Positions 9,952 to 20,772 of a DNA stretch of 64,000 nucleotides are shown here, piece by piece. The notes beneath the pieces are model-generated. The model was not told where the DNA came from. It saw only the letters and a program-made list of their open reading frames with translations, and did not search any database. The DNA comes from an uncultured Chloroflexia bacterium. GTDB taxonomy: Bacteria; Chloroflexota; Anaerolineae; JAAYZQ01. Position 1 is the stretch's first letter, and each line of letters starts with the position of its first letter. The DNA lies in contig CAVOXA010000010.1 in NCBI GenBank assembly GCA_963700285.1, positions 1,504,001-1,568,000 of the forward strand, in the 5' to 3' direction. The position numbers and the translations under genes were made by a program.

Positions 9952-10485
9952 ATGTGGCCCAGGAAGGGCAACAGGGTGATCGTGGGGTTTGCGGTGGTAG
10001 CCGTAGTGGCCTTGATCGCCCTCACGGGTTGTGCACGGGTCGAGATCGTGGATTCAGCCGTTGTCAGCACTCCAGACTTTTTCTCCAATCGTCCGGCTGC
10101 GGGGGATGGTACACACAATCTGGCCGTGATCGCGGTGGACTTTGACCCACCATTGAACTATCAACAACTGATTATTCAGCGTCGATCTGTTTCATTGCTG
10201 GCGGCTGTTGAGAACTCTGGCAATAGCGCTGAGCAGGATGTGACCGTCTGGGTGCAACTTACTACCCCAGACGACCCTGAGCTTTTCCAAACTCGAGGGG
10301 CCAGCATGACCAGCATTGCCCCTGGTGAGGTCCGGGTCGTTCGTTTTGCCCATCTGGGTGAGATTCCGTACCACCAGACCTATCATCTGGAAGTGATGGT
10401 AGAACCTGTCAATGGGGAGAGCGACTATACCGACAACCTTAGGGCCTTTGACATCCGGGTCCATCAAGGGCAAGATGAACCGTAG
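9952..10485 (+). CDS. Lipoprotein with CARDB/Ig-like domain
   Basis: LTGC lipobox; LAVIAV...VENSG...GESDYTDN pattern. Confidence 0.75.
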   Translation: MWPRKGNRVIVGFAVVAVVALIALTGCARVEIVDSAVVSTPDFFSNRPAAGDGTHNLAVIAVDFDPPLNYQQLIIQRRSVSLLAAVENSGNSAEQDVTVWVQLTTPDDPELFQTRGASMTSIAPGEVRVVRFAHLGEIPYHQTYHLEVMVEPVNGESDYTDNLRAFDIRVHQGQDEP

Positions 10486-10509
10486 ATAGGCGGTGGGTAG
10501 ACCTACCTG

Positions 10510-10541
10510 AACCGGCTGGCGAATGCTAGCCGGTTTTCTTT
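10510..10541 (+). terminator. Intrinsic terminator between convergent genes
   Basis: AACCGGCTGGC-gaat-GCTAGCCGGTT followed by T-tract. Confidence 0.75.
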
Positions 10542-10566
10542 GTCTGCGCCAGATTGCTGTGGCGAG

Positions 10567-11748
10567 CTATGAGATCAGGCCCGTCGACCGGCCGATCTTT
10601 CTGAACTTCTCAAGTACGAAATCCATTTGCTCGTCGGTGTGTGTGGCCATGTAACTTGTGCGCAACAATGAGTAGTTGGGCGGGACGCCTGGCGGGATCA
10701 CCGGGTTGGTATAGATGCCCTCTTCGAACAGCACCTTCCAGATGAAAAAGGTGGCATCCTGATCACCGATGATGATGGGGATGATGGGGGTCTGGCTGTC
10801 GCCGGTGTTGAAGCCCAGTTTCTGAAACTCTGTCCGCATATAGTCGCCGATCTCGTTGACCCGCTGGATAAGTTCCGGCTCCTCGATCATCACGTCAAGG
10901 GCTGCTGATACCGCAGCCACGTTGGCGGGAGGCATAGATGCGCTGAAAATGAGCGAACGAGCGTGATGCTGGATGTAGTGGATGACTGACGCCGATCCGG
11001 CGATGAATCCCCCCAGCGAAGCGAACGACTTGCTAAAGGTTCCCATTACCAGGTCCACACCATCGTTCACGCCCTGATGGATGGCCGTGCCCTTGCCGCC
11101 CCCTAGAACACCTATGCTGTGTGCATCATCGACCATGAATCGGGCGTTGTATTTCTTGCAGAGAGGGACGATGTCGGGCAGCGGTGCGATGTCACCACCC
11201 ATGCTGAACACACCATCGACGACTACGAGCTTGCCGGCGTCCAAAGGAATATTGCTCAGTACCCTCTCCAGATCCTGTGGGTCATTGTGGCGGAACCGCT
11301 TCATTGTACCGCGGGCAAGAAAACAACCATCTACGATACTGGCGTGATCATCCTTGTCGGTGATCACATAGTCCCCTTTGCAGACCAACGCTGAAATGGT
11401 CCCAACGTTCACCTGGTAGCCGGTACTGAAGACTAGTGCTGCCTCCATCTCCATGAATTCGGCCAGCCGCTGTTCCAGCTCCAGGTGCCAGGCCAGCGTA
11501 CCATTCAAGAAACGGGAACCGGTGCAACTGGTACCGAACTTCTTGGTTGCATCGATGGCTGCTTCGCGTACCTTGGGGTGCGTGGTCAGCCCTAGATAGT
11601 TGTTGGAGCCGATCATAACCAGCTTTTTGTCCCCGATGGTGACTTCGGTGCCTTCGGTTTCGTCCAGTGGCATGAAAAAGGGGTAGAAGCCAGTTTTCAT
11701 CAGGTCCTTGGCCCTGGTCCAGTTCCAGCATTTTTCAAAGAGGTCCAT
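10567..11748 (-). CDS. Alpha-oxoamine synthase family PLP enzyme, serine palmitoyltransferase-like
   Basis: GSNNYLGL, GSRFLNGT, HASIVDG, DGVFSM, DDAH, MGTFSKS (PLP Lys). Confidence 0.85.
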   Translation of the reverse strand: MDLFEKCWNWTRAKDLMKTGFYPFFMPLDETEGTEVTIGDKKLVMIGSNNYLGLTTHPKVREAAIDATKKFGTSCTGSRFLNGTLAWHLELEQRLAEFMEMEAALVFSTGYQVNVGTISALVCKGDYVITDKDDHASIVDGCFLARGTMKRFRHNDPQDLERVLSNIPLDAGKLVVVDGVFSMGGDIAPLPDIVPLCKKYNARFMVDDAHSIGVLGGGKGTAIHQGVNDGVDLVMGTFSKSFASLGGFIAGSASVIHYIQHHARSLIFSASMPPANVAAVSAALDVMIEEPELIQRVNEIGDYMRTEFQKLGFNTGDSQTPIIPIIIGDQDATFFIWKVLFEEGIYTNPVIPPGVPPNYSLLRTSYMATHTDEQMDFVLEKFRKIGRSTGLIS

Positions 11749-11870
11749 GTGGTATTTTCTCCGTCGGCTAGATCCTATGGCAAGTCCTTGGCCAGCCCCT
11801 CCGTTCGTCAGGGCATGGTTCAGGGCGGGGGTCCCTTGGCTTCGCTTCCCATAGGCTCAGGGCAATGCGG

Positions 11871-12116
11871 CTAGTGACTGCAGGACGCACAATGCCCACT
11901 AGATTGTGTACACGATCCGCACCCACCGCCGGATCCACTGATGGCATGATTGACCCCATTGCTGCCTTTGCTAACGGCTGAAAACAGCGAGATAGCACGG
12001 GATGTATCAGTGCTGCCACACTGAGCACAAGCTGCGGGATCATTCGCTTTGCTCATGGTGCGGAGCTTCTCAAAGGTTGTATTACAATCGGCGCAATTGT
12101 ATTCGTATATAGGCAT
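11871..12116 (-). CDS. FmdB-family zinc-ribbon protein with Cys-rich tail
   Basis: MPIYEYNCADC...CAQCGS...GCGSC...CASC. Confidence 0.9.
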   Translation of the reverse strand: MPIYEYNCADCNTTFEKLRTMSKANDPAACAQCGSTDTSRAISLFSAVSKGSNGVNHAISGSGGGCGSCTQSSGHCASCSH

Positions 12117-12485
12117 TGATCAGACCCTCACGGCTCAAGATCTCCCAAGATGGCTACGGTTCACATCTCATGAGATGCGCAAATTGGGACACTTGGATTC
12201 CAATACATTGCTTTACCTTGAGACATAGTCTGTACTTGAAGGGTGAGCAGCCCCGAGCCCTGATCGTACCGCGCTTTGACTACAGGCGCACACCGCTGCA
12301 GACAAGACGGAGGCTCGGTTTTGGCCCACAAACTGACCTATTGTACAATGATTTTTGGATTCGGTCAAACGCAGTCGCGATTAGAGGATGGTTCATGGCT
12401 CAGGAAGGTCACGTGGGTTGCCCAGGAAGGGTTCGGCACTCGGGGATTGATCAGATTTCAATATCGAAGCGAAAAGGGAGATCAC

Positions 12486-12884
12486 ATGATTGACGCCACA
12501 TTGATGGCTGCCATTCTGGACAGCCTCAAGGAACCGGTGCTCGTTGCGGACATTGAGCACGTGACCTTCTATATGAACAAGGCAGCCATCGATTTTTATG
12601 AGGGCGGAGAAAGCCTAATCGGCCGTTCCTTGCTAGAGTGTCACAATGCAGAATCGCAAAAGATGATGATCGAGATCCTGGCAGCCATGCACGAGGGGGA
12701 GGATGAGCGGATCATCACCAACGACAAAGAGCACAGAATCTACATGCGGGTGGTACGTGGCGTAGACGGCCAAGTCTTGGGCTACTACGAGCGCTATGAG
12801 CCGCAAGAGCCGGCAATGGACCGAGCTAGACCTCAGGATGCGGCGGCCGGCTTGGCGATGCTGGCCGCAGGTGTTGGTGTTTGA
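12486..12884 (+). CDS. Stand-alone PAS-domain protein
   Basis: ILDSLKEPVLVAD..YMNKAA..LIGRSLLECH; AAGGGAG RBS. Confidence 0.8.
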   Translation: MIDATLMAAILDSLKEPVLVADIEHVTFYMNKAAIDFYEGGESLIGRSLLECHNAESQKMMIEILAAMHEGEDERIITNDKEHRIYMRVVRGVDGQVLGYYERYEPQEPAMDRARPQDAAAGLAMLAAGVGV

Positions 12885-13951
12885 CTCGGTACTGGCTGGG
12901 GCGTCATGGTGCCTACCGGGATGATGAGCTGCTGCCCGACGCGGAGCCGGTTGCTCTCCAAGCTATTTGCGGCCATGATTGCAGCCACTGAGGTATCGTA
13001 TTCCAGGGCAATGTTGTACAGGTTGTCCCCTGATTTCACGACATAGATGGTTGGCGTGGGTGCGCCCGAGGGCGGCTGTGTTGCTGTCCTGGTCGGGGCG
13101 GACGTGGGTGTTTCCGTGGCTGTAGGGGTTGGTGAGGGTGTCACGCTGGGTGTCGATGTGGGTACAGGTGTTGATGTGGGTACAGGTGTTGATGTGGGTA
13201 CAGGTGTCGATGTGGGTGCAGTGGCCAGTGTGGCCGAGGGGCGTGGCGTAGGCGTGTAGGTCGCCGTGGGGGTGATGGATGGCGACAGTGTGGGTATTGC
13301 GGTCAACGTAGGTGCTGGGCTAGGCGAGGGTGTCGCTGTAGGTGTAGCGGTCTGCGTTGCTGTTGGACGCGGCGTCAAAGTATCGGTCGCTGAGGGAGTA
13401 GGGGAAGGCACCGGCGTGGGCATCCCGGTCGGAGGGGACGTCAGGCTGGGCAAGGGCACCGAGGTAGGGGTGTTATCGGCGGGGACAGGGGTGATGGATG
13501 CCATTGCCCCTTCGCTCTCGCTCAACGCAGCCGTTGGCGTAGGACTGGTGGTGTCAACGCGGACTGCAGCCTTGCTGCCCGTGTCTGGCGCCGCGATGCC
13601 TGCCATCCAAGACTGGATCCGGTCCGATCCATCACCCACCAGAGAGAAAGCAAGCAGCGCCAGGGCAGCTATGCCAACGACGGTCAGGGCGATCAACAGC
13701 GGCCGGACCCAAACACGCTGTAAGGGAGCTCCACAAATACGGCATTCTTTTTGGCTAGAACGGTTGGGCGTTCCGCAGATCCGGCACCGGATCTGGCGTG
13801 GCTGCCGCCGAAGCTTGCCACACTGGGGACAGATGTGCAACTCTGGCAGAACCTCGGCTCCGCAGTTCTTGCACACCCCGGATGGTCTTTTGTCGTGTAC
13901 ATACTCAGAAGCCTGCATGCCAGTACGGCTTGTACCACTATCATCGGCCAT
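12833..13951 (-). CDS. Double zinc-ribbon / TM / Pro-Thr linker / LysM protein (start uncertain)
   Basis: Four CxxC pairs, one TM helix, PT-rich region, C-terminal YVVKSGDNLYNIA...LRVGQQLIIP. Confidence 0.85.
   Translation of the reverse strand: MADDSGTSRTGMQASEYVHDKRPSGVCKNCGAEVLPELHICPQCGKLRRQPRQIRCRICGTPNRSSQKECRICGAPLQRVWVRPLLIALTVVGIAALALLAFSLVGDGSDRIQSWMAGIAAPDTGSKAAVRVDTTSPTPTAALSESEGAMASITPVPADNTPTSVPLPSLTSPPTGMPTPVPSPTPSATDTLTPRPTATQTATPTATPSPSPAPTLTAIPTLSPSITPTATYTPTPRPSATLATAPTSTPVPTSTPVPTSTPVPTSTPSVTPSPTPTATETPTSAPTRTATQPPSGAPTPTIYVVKSGDNLYNIALEYDTSVAAIMAANSLESNRLRVGQQLIIPVGTMTPQPVPSQTPTPAASIAKPAAAS
13149..13220 (-). repeat. 18-bp tandem repeat x4 (encodes PTSTPV)
   Basis: GGTGT(C/T)GATGTGGGTACA units on the + strand. 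Confidence 0.85.
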
Positions 13952-14289
13952 GAGTAACTCCAACTCCTCATCTGCAGCCATCAAAGGGGGTTGTGTGCCC
14001 GGGAAAGTCAAAGAGGGCCAAATGGCATGGGTGAAGAAGTGAACTCTGGTCTTGGTTCAGACCGAGATCTGGCCTCGGGCACAACAGGTGGGCGAACCTT
14101 GGCTCAGCATATGTTACCACAGATTGGACGTCTCGCCAAACCGCTGATCGGGCAAAATCCCGATTGTACGGAACACTCGGTGATGGGATCTTTTCCTGCA
14201 ACCTGGCAGCAAAATGCGGGCACTTTCTTTTTCCAGCAACTTTCGAGGCTGAAGGGACATGCGTGAGTTTGAGCCACCGTGGGAGTCCC

Positions 14290-15417
14290 ATGAATATCTG
14301 GCTGATTGAACCATACTACACCGGCTCGCATAAGGCTTGGGCTGATGGTTACAAAGCTCACAGCCGCCACAATGTGCGTCTTCTTACTCTGCCGGGCCGC
14401 TTCTGGAAGTGGCGGATGCAGGGCGGGGCTGTTACCCTGTCCCGGGAGGCCCAACGCCTGCACGAGAGGCCCGATTTGATCTTTGCCTCTGACATGCTGA
14501 ACGTGCCCATTTTTCTGGCCCTGGCTGGGAAAAATGTCGCAGGCGTTCCATTGGCTCTCTATTTTCACGAGAACCAACTCACTTATCCCCTCCAGCCAGG
14601 CGAAAAGCGCGATCTCTATTACGGTTTTATCAACTTTGCCAGCGCCCTACGGGCGGACGCGGTTCTCTTTAACTCGGCCTATCACCTGGATGCCTTTTTC
14701 GACGAACTGCCCCGGCTGCTCAAGCATTTTCCAGACTATAATGAATTGTGGGCGGTGGGCGTGCTCCGGGCGAAGGCTAGCGTCCTGCCCCTTGGTCTGG
14801 ATCTTGCCTCTCTTGATGCCCATCGTCCGTCGAGCGCAGCCTCTGGCCGCCCCTTGATCCTCTGGAACCACCGCTGGGAGTATGACAAGGACCCGGCAAC
14901 GTTCTTCCGTGCTGTCCATACGCTTGCTGATGAGGCGCTTGAAGGTGAAGGACCGGATTTTGGTCTCGTGCTGTTGGGAGAGAGTTTTCGGAATCAGCCG
15001 GAGGAATTCCTGGAGGCCCAGGAACGTTTGCCGGATCGGATCGTGCATTTCGGCTACGCCGAGGACGCAGCGACCTATGCCCGCTTGCTTTGGCAGGCTA
15101 GCACTGTGGTCAGCACCGCGAGACACGAGTTTTTCGGCGCAGCCATCGTCGAAGCCTGCTACTGCGCTTGTTTCCCGGTCTTGCCCCGCCGCCTATCCTA
15201 TCCTGAATTGATTCCAGATACCTACCATGAGGCATGCCTGTACGACGATTTCGATGGTCTGCTCGCCCTGCTGCGCCACGCAGTGCGTCACGTCAAAGAG
15301 ATGCGGTCGTTCTCCCTACGGCCAGCGGTCAACCGCTTTGACTGGCGGCAAATGGCCCCTCGATACGATCACATACTGGAGGGGGTTGCTCGTCGCGACG
15401 GGCTCGGCAAGCACTGA
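14290..15417 (+). CDS. DUF3524/GTDC1-like GT-B glycosyltransferase
   Basis: EPYYTGSHKAW, LPGRFWKWRM, YFHENQLTYP, FNSAYH, WNHRWEYDKDP, HEFFG. Confidence 0.9.
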   Translation: MNIWLIEPYYTGSHKAWADGYKAHSRHNVRLLTLPGRFWKWRMQGGAVTLSREAQRLHERPDLIFASDMLNVPIFLALAGKNVAGVPLALYFHENQLTYPLQPGEKRDLYYGFINFASALRADAVLFNSAYHLDAFFDELPRLLKHFPDYNELWAVGVLRAKASVLPLGLDLASLDAHRPSSAASGRPLILWNHRWEYDKDPATFFRAVHTLADEALEGEGPDFGLVLLGESFRNQPEEFLEAQERLPDRIVHFGYAEDAATYARLLWQASTVVSTARHEFFGAAIVEACYCACFPVLPRRLSYPELIPDTYHEACLYDDFDGLLALLRHAVRHVKEMRSFSLRPAVNRFDWRQMAPRYDHILEGVARRDGLGKH

Positions 15418-15444
15418 ATGTCTGGTTCTTGGGGGCGCTCTAGC

Positions 15445-16203
15445 CTACCACAGTTCCCATTGTGGCCGCCATTGCGCCTGCTTGTAAAACAAAGAGTCTG
15501 TGTCGCCGGGTTGGTAGTACAGCCATTCGAGGAACGGCGGCCCGTGTTGTACGATCTGTTTACACAACCGGTCGAAGAGAAACCCGCGTACGTATGGGGC
15601 CTTGACGTGCCAGCGGCGGGCAGCCACACCGCCATCGGCCACGACAGGATGAAGGTTGGGCGCTGATGGCGCCAGGGCCAAACTGTCCTGTGCTGTGAGC
15701 AGGATCTGATGCACCGAGTCGGGTACATCCAAGGGAAGGCTTAGAACTGAAAGATAGCGACCGCTTAATAGATAGAATACCAGGTCATACCCACGTACCA
15801 GACTGGCCGACCGCTCAGGGATCCTTAGGTAGGTCGCCAGGTCCGCCAAGGCGTCACCGTCGAGTTCATCGAAGGACAAGTCATAGGGGACGATGACCTC
15901 ATCGGCCTGCAGCAGACCATAGCCACCGGAAAGGATGGCCAGATCCAGTACTTCACGGCCCCAGCGGTCCCAAACCGAGCGTACCCCCTCCATGACCAAG
16001 CGATGATGAGTACTGGTATACATCTCTGCCGCCGGACGGGCATAGTTTGTCCGGCGCGCTTCCTGAAGTTTCTCGATGGCCTGGGTCGGCCTGCTGGTAC
16101 TGGGCCCACTTCGAAGGCCCAGATCCTGTGAAGGGACAGGGCCCACGGCAGCGGTTGTTGCAGAACAGGGTGTAATCACCAGGGTGCGCACAGGCCCTCG
16201 CAA
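15445..16203 (-). CDS. DUF6884/YaaA-like protein
   Basis: VITPCS...AAEMYT...ILSGGYGLL..VPYD pattern. Confidence 0.6.
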   Translation of the reverse strand: MRGPVRTLVITPCSATTAAVGPVPSQDLGLRSGPSTSRPTQAIEKLQEARRTNYARPAAEMYTSTHHRLVMEGVRSVWDRWGREVLDLAILSGGYGLLQADEVIVPYDLSFDELDGDALADLATYLRIPERSASLVRGYDLVFYLLSGRYLSVLSLPLDVPDSVHQILLTAQDSLALAPSAPNLHPVVADGGVAARRWHVKAPYVRGFLFDRLCKQIVQHGPPFLEWLYYQPGDTDSLFYKQAQWRPQWELW

Positions 16204-16263
16204 ACCCCCCAGACTCAGATAGGCGAATGCTCAACGCATTGTGGACCGAGGACCCAACCCCGG

Positions 16264-18887
16264 CTAGGTCAGCTTTTCACGGGCTCTGGCACTGAGATAG
16301 TCCATGGTCCAGACCATGATCACGATGGCCCAGACGGCCATGCCCGCCGCGGCGTACTGGTTCATGCCGACCATGCAGGCGGAAGAACTGGCCGATGCCG
16401 CCGCCGCCCACAAAGCCGATCACGGTCGACATGCGGATGTTGATGTCCCACTGGTAGAGGATAAAGGCCAGGAACTTGGGCACCAACTGGGGGACGATGG
16501 CAAAGACCAGGGTCTGCGGCCGGTTGGCCCCGGTGGCCGTGATCGCCTCGACCGGTCCGGTGTCGATCTCTTCGATGGTCTCGGAAAAGAGCTTGCCCAG
16601 GTTGGGGATGTTGTTGATGGCCAGGGCCAGTACGCCGGCAAAGGGGCCGATGCCCACCCAGGCGGCACAGATCAGGACCAGGATCATCGGCTCGACCGAG
16701 CGCCACAGGTTAAAGAGGGTGCGGATGGCATAGTAGACCGCTCGGCCGACGGGGCTGTCGCCCATGATGTTGCGCGCCGCCAGGAAACTGAGCGGGATGG
16801 CAAAGAACGAGCCCAAGGTCGTGGCCAGGAGGGCCATGAGCAGCGTCACCAGCGAGAGGTGGACGACCTCTTTGAAGGCCTCGCTGAATTGCGGCCCGCC
16901 GACGATACTCTTTCCAGGTGATCACCACCTGCCCGGCTCAGGCCGGCCCGCATCCGGGATCGACCTCCATCAGGGGATGGATCTGTGGTCTCCCAAGTCA
17001 GGCTGCCCGCATCGTCGGTGGTACAGCAATCCTTGTGGATGCGCAGATAGGCACCGTCGGACAGCGCCCAGCGCACCGAGACCTCGGTGTTGGGCGGCAG
17101 CTCGTGGCCGCGGATGACCAGTGGTTCGCCCACGTCGCCACAGGAGAGGGAGAGATTCACCCGCGGGCCGCTCACCTGGGCCTGCTGCCGGCTCGCCCGA
17201 GCCACAGGGCACCGGCAGTGTGGCGCTGACGCTCTGCTCCTCCGTCGGCCGGGTAAACATCTCTGGCACCAGAAAGGCGCGGATCATGCGCAGGCCTTCT
17301 GGCGCGCCCTGGACCAGGTCGACAAAGCTGATCTGGGACACATTCCAGGACCAGACAAAGGCGGCGGCAAAGCCGAGCACCAGCAGCCCCGTGGTCACGT
17401 AGCGGCGCAGCGGGCTGGCCCGGCGGCTGGCCGGCGTGCCCTCGATGATCCGCTTCCGCAGCCAGGCCGAGACATAGTCCAGGATGGCGATCACCAGCAC
17501 GATGGCGATGATGGCCGTGGCCATGGCCCGAAGCTGGTTGAGCCGGATCCACTGGATGACCAGGAAGCCCAGGCCGGCGTCGCTGATCAGGCCGATGACG
17601 GTCGACATGCGGACGTTGATGTCCCAGCGGTAGAGGGTGAAGGACAGGAAGGTGGGCACGATCTGGGGCAGCACGGCATAGACGACCACCTGCGGCCAGT
17701 TCGCCCCGGTGGCCCGCACGGCCTCGATGGGGCCGGGATCGATGCTCTCGATGGCCTCGGAGTAGAGCTTGCCCAGCGCGGCGATGGTGTGCAGCATCAG
17801 GGCCAGCATGCCGCCAAAGGGCCCCAGGCCCACCCACACGGCAAAGACGATGGCCCACATCAGCGTCTCGATGGAGCGCACGACGTTGAGTATCGTCCGC
17901 ACCACGTAATAGATGGCCGCGCGTGAGCCGGGTTGCCCCACATCAGGTTGCGGGCAGCCAGGAAGCTGACCGGCAGGGCAAAGAGTCATGCCCAGCACGG
18001 TGGCCATAAAGGCCAGGGCCACCGTCTCGCCGATCTTTTCCAGGACCAGGCTCAGCGTCTCGGTCGGCTGCAGCGAGCCGTAGGGCTTGTGCTGCTCGGC
18101 GCGGATGACGTGGGTCTGCGTCTCGCCGGGTTCGGGCAGACTGGTCAGCGGCACGGCCAGGGGCACCTGAGATGGTGGCTCGAAATCGTCCCTCGCCATC
18201 GGTGACAAAGGTCGCGGGCTTGCCATCCTCGATCACCCGCTGCACGTCGCCGATGGGGTTCAGCCACCACAGTTCACCCTCAAAATCGGGGAAAAAACCC
18301 TCGCCCTTCGAGCACGACCATGTCGCCAACGTCGGCACAGGGGACGTCCGTCGCGAAGGCGAGGATCGTCGGATGGGTACCTTGCCCGGCTCGGGCAGAG
18401 GCTCGATACAGGGCACCTGGAAGGGTGTGGCGCCGACCAGGTCCTCGGTGGGGTACTCCAGCAGTTCCGGCTGGACCAGCGCCTTGAGGTAGGGCTGCAC
18501 GCCCGGCCAGCCCGTGACCAGGCGTGCCGGGATTGACCTCGGTGGCAACGAAGGCCAGGCCATAGACGATCAGACACGGCCAGCGAGGATCGGCGCGCCC
18601 AGGCGGCCCTTCTGTCCCTGTGGCCAGGCGGTAGGCATCCCAGGCGCCCCACAGCCAGATGAAGACCAGGGGGACCAGGAGCGCCAGGGTCCCCTGCCAG
18701 GCGATCAGCCCACCCAGGATGACGAATGGTGACAAAGAAGCCGATGCCCCGCCCGCGCTCGCCCAGGAGAAACTGGCCGCTGCCGGGCACGATCAGCGAT
18801 AGGAGGGCCGGCAGCATGGCCGGCATATCGCGGGCGAGGAGGCGCGCGTGCTTCGTTGCCGATTGTCGCCGTTGTGTGTTGGCTCAT
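16264..18887 (-). CDS. phnE: Phosphonate/phosphate ABC permease, tandem double PhnE with extracellular inserts (several frameshifts)
   Basis: Two copies of GKL(Y/F)SE.IE.ID.GP.EA..ATGAN...LY.WDIN.RMSTVIG spread over ORF pieces. Confidence 0.85.
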
Positions 18888-19683
18888 GCTGACGCGCCTC
18901 CGCCTATTCCGGCATCGTCGTCCGTGCCGCCGACGGTGACCATCTCGGCCTCTTCGCCGTAGACCTCTTTGAATCGCTCCGGCGTCAGCTCCGAGGGCAG
19001 GCCGTCAAAGACCAGCTCGCCGTCCTTGAGGCCGATGACGCGCGTGGCGTAGCGGTGCACCAGGTCCAGGAAGTGCAGGCTGCACAGCACGGTGATGCCA
19101 TCCTGCTGGTTGAGCAGCTCCAGGTACTGGAGGATGGAATGGGCCAGCACGGGATCCAGGCTGGCCACCGGCTCGTCGGCCAGCATCAGCCGGGGCTCCT
19201 GCATCAGGGCGCGGGCGATGCCCACCCGCTGCTGCTGCCCGCCGGAGAGCTGGTCGGCCCGGTTGTCGGCCTTTTCGGCGATGCCCACCCGCTCCAGGGC
19301 GGCCACGGCCCGCTGGCGGTCCTCGGCGGAAAAGCGGTGGAACAGGCTCGACCAGGGGTTGGCGTAGCCCAGCCGGCCCGACAGCACGTTGGTCATGACG
19401 CTGCTGCGCTTGACCAGGTTGAACTGCTGGAAGATCATGCCGATCTGGCGGCGGATGCGGCGCAGCTCTTTGCCCTGGGCGGCGGTGATATCCACGTCGT
19501 CCCAGAGGACCCGGCCCTCGGTGGGGTCGATCAGGCGGTTGATGCAGCGCAGCAGGGTGGACTTGCCCGATCCCGACAGGCCGATGACGGCCAGGAATTC
19601 GCCGTCCTCGACCTGAAAGCTGACGTTTTGAGCGCCTCGGTACCATCGGGAAAGATTTTGGTGAGGTTCTCCACTCGCAGCAA
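18884..19683 (-). CDS. phnC: Phosphonate ABC ATPase (frameshift near 5' end)
   Basis: [33 protein letters not shown]; TTG start [11 protein letters not shown] after AGGAGG. Confidence 0.9.
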
Positions 19684-19826
19684 GCGATTCCTCCTCCATT
19701 CAAACAGACCTCGCACAGGTGACGGCATGCCCCGTCGGTGGCGATCCCAGCGATGCTCTGTACAGTTGACTGGAACACGCTATTCAGGGCTGACCTCGGC
19801 CTGCACCGTCTGTAGCTAACTAGAAG

Positions 19827-19856
19827 AGAGGGAGAGAGGCTAGCCTCTCTCCCTCT
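19827..19856. terminator. Perfect 30-bp palindrome between phnD and phnC (terminator or mRNA-stabilising hairpin)
   Basis: AGAGGGAGAGAGGCTAGCCTCTCTCCCTCT. Confidence 0.65.
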
Positions 19857-19873
19857 GGTGCATCATGTCGAGC

Positions 19874-20772
19874 TTACTTGGCCAGTTCTTCGATGTCGAT
19901 GCCGGCCTTGCTCAGGTCGGCGCGGAAGGCATCGTAGAAGGAGTCGTCGGCCGCTTGCAGGCCGCCGATGGAGTAGAGGTTCTCCAGCGCCGCCACGCCC
20001 TCTTCCGTTGCCGGCGATCTCGAGCAGGGCGTCGACGATCTGGTCGCGCATCTCGGCCGGAAAGTCCTTGGTGAAGGAGACGCTGTCGTTGGGGATGTCG
20101 GTGGTGGTGGCCAGGACGACGACCACTTCCTTCACATCGGGAAAGTCTTCCTCGATGGAGCTGCGGGCGTCGGCGTAGGTGGCGCCGACGTCACAGTCGC
20201 CGTTGTAGACCTGCGGTGATGACGTTGTTGTGCGAGCCGGCCTCGACGGTCTTGGCAAAGTCCGTGTCGGGATCAATGCCGTTGGCCTCGAGCATGATGC
20301 GGGGGATGATATAGCCCGAGGTCGAGTTGGGGTCGACCCAGCACATCACCTTGCCCTTGAGGTCTCCAGCGATGGTGATGCCGCTGTCGGCCCGGACGTT
20401 GAGCTGGCCCACGTAGGTGGTCGCGCCAAAGCGCTCTGTCACCAGGCCCACGTCAACGCCGATACTTTTCGTTGGCCAGGACATAGTTGAAGGTGTTGAG
20501 CCAGCCGATGTGGGCCTTGCCCGCGCCCATCGCCTCGCGCACGGCGGCAAAGTCGGTGCCGACGTTGGCCTCGACGACCAGGCCGGTCTTGTCGGCGATC
20601 ATCTGCGGCGATCTGGTCGCCGCTGGCGATGATCTCCTGCGTGTCGCCCGAGGGCACGAAGGACATGACGATGGGATTGTCCTCGGTGCCCAACTTGGGC
20701 GTCGCCACAGCCGGCCAGGGTCAGCGCCATCACGCTGAGGACTAGCAGAACCAACAAAAAGTTTCGCTTCAT
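19874..20772 (-). CDS. phnD: Phosphate/phosphite/phosphonate-binding lipoprotein (frameshifted)
   Basis: Pieces IVMSFVPS, VDPNSTSGYIIP, AGSHNNV, DAR, IPND across overlapping ORFs. Confidence 0.85.
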
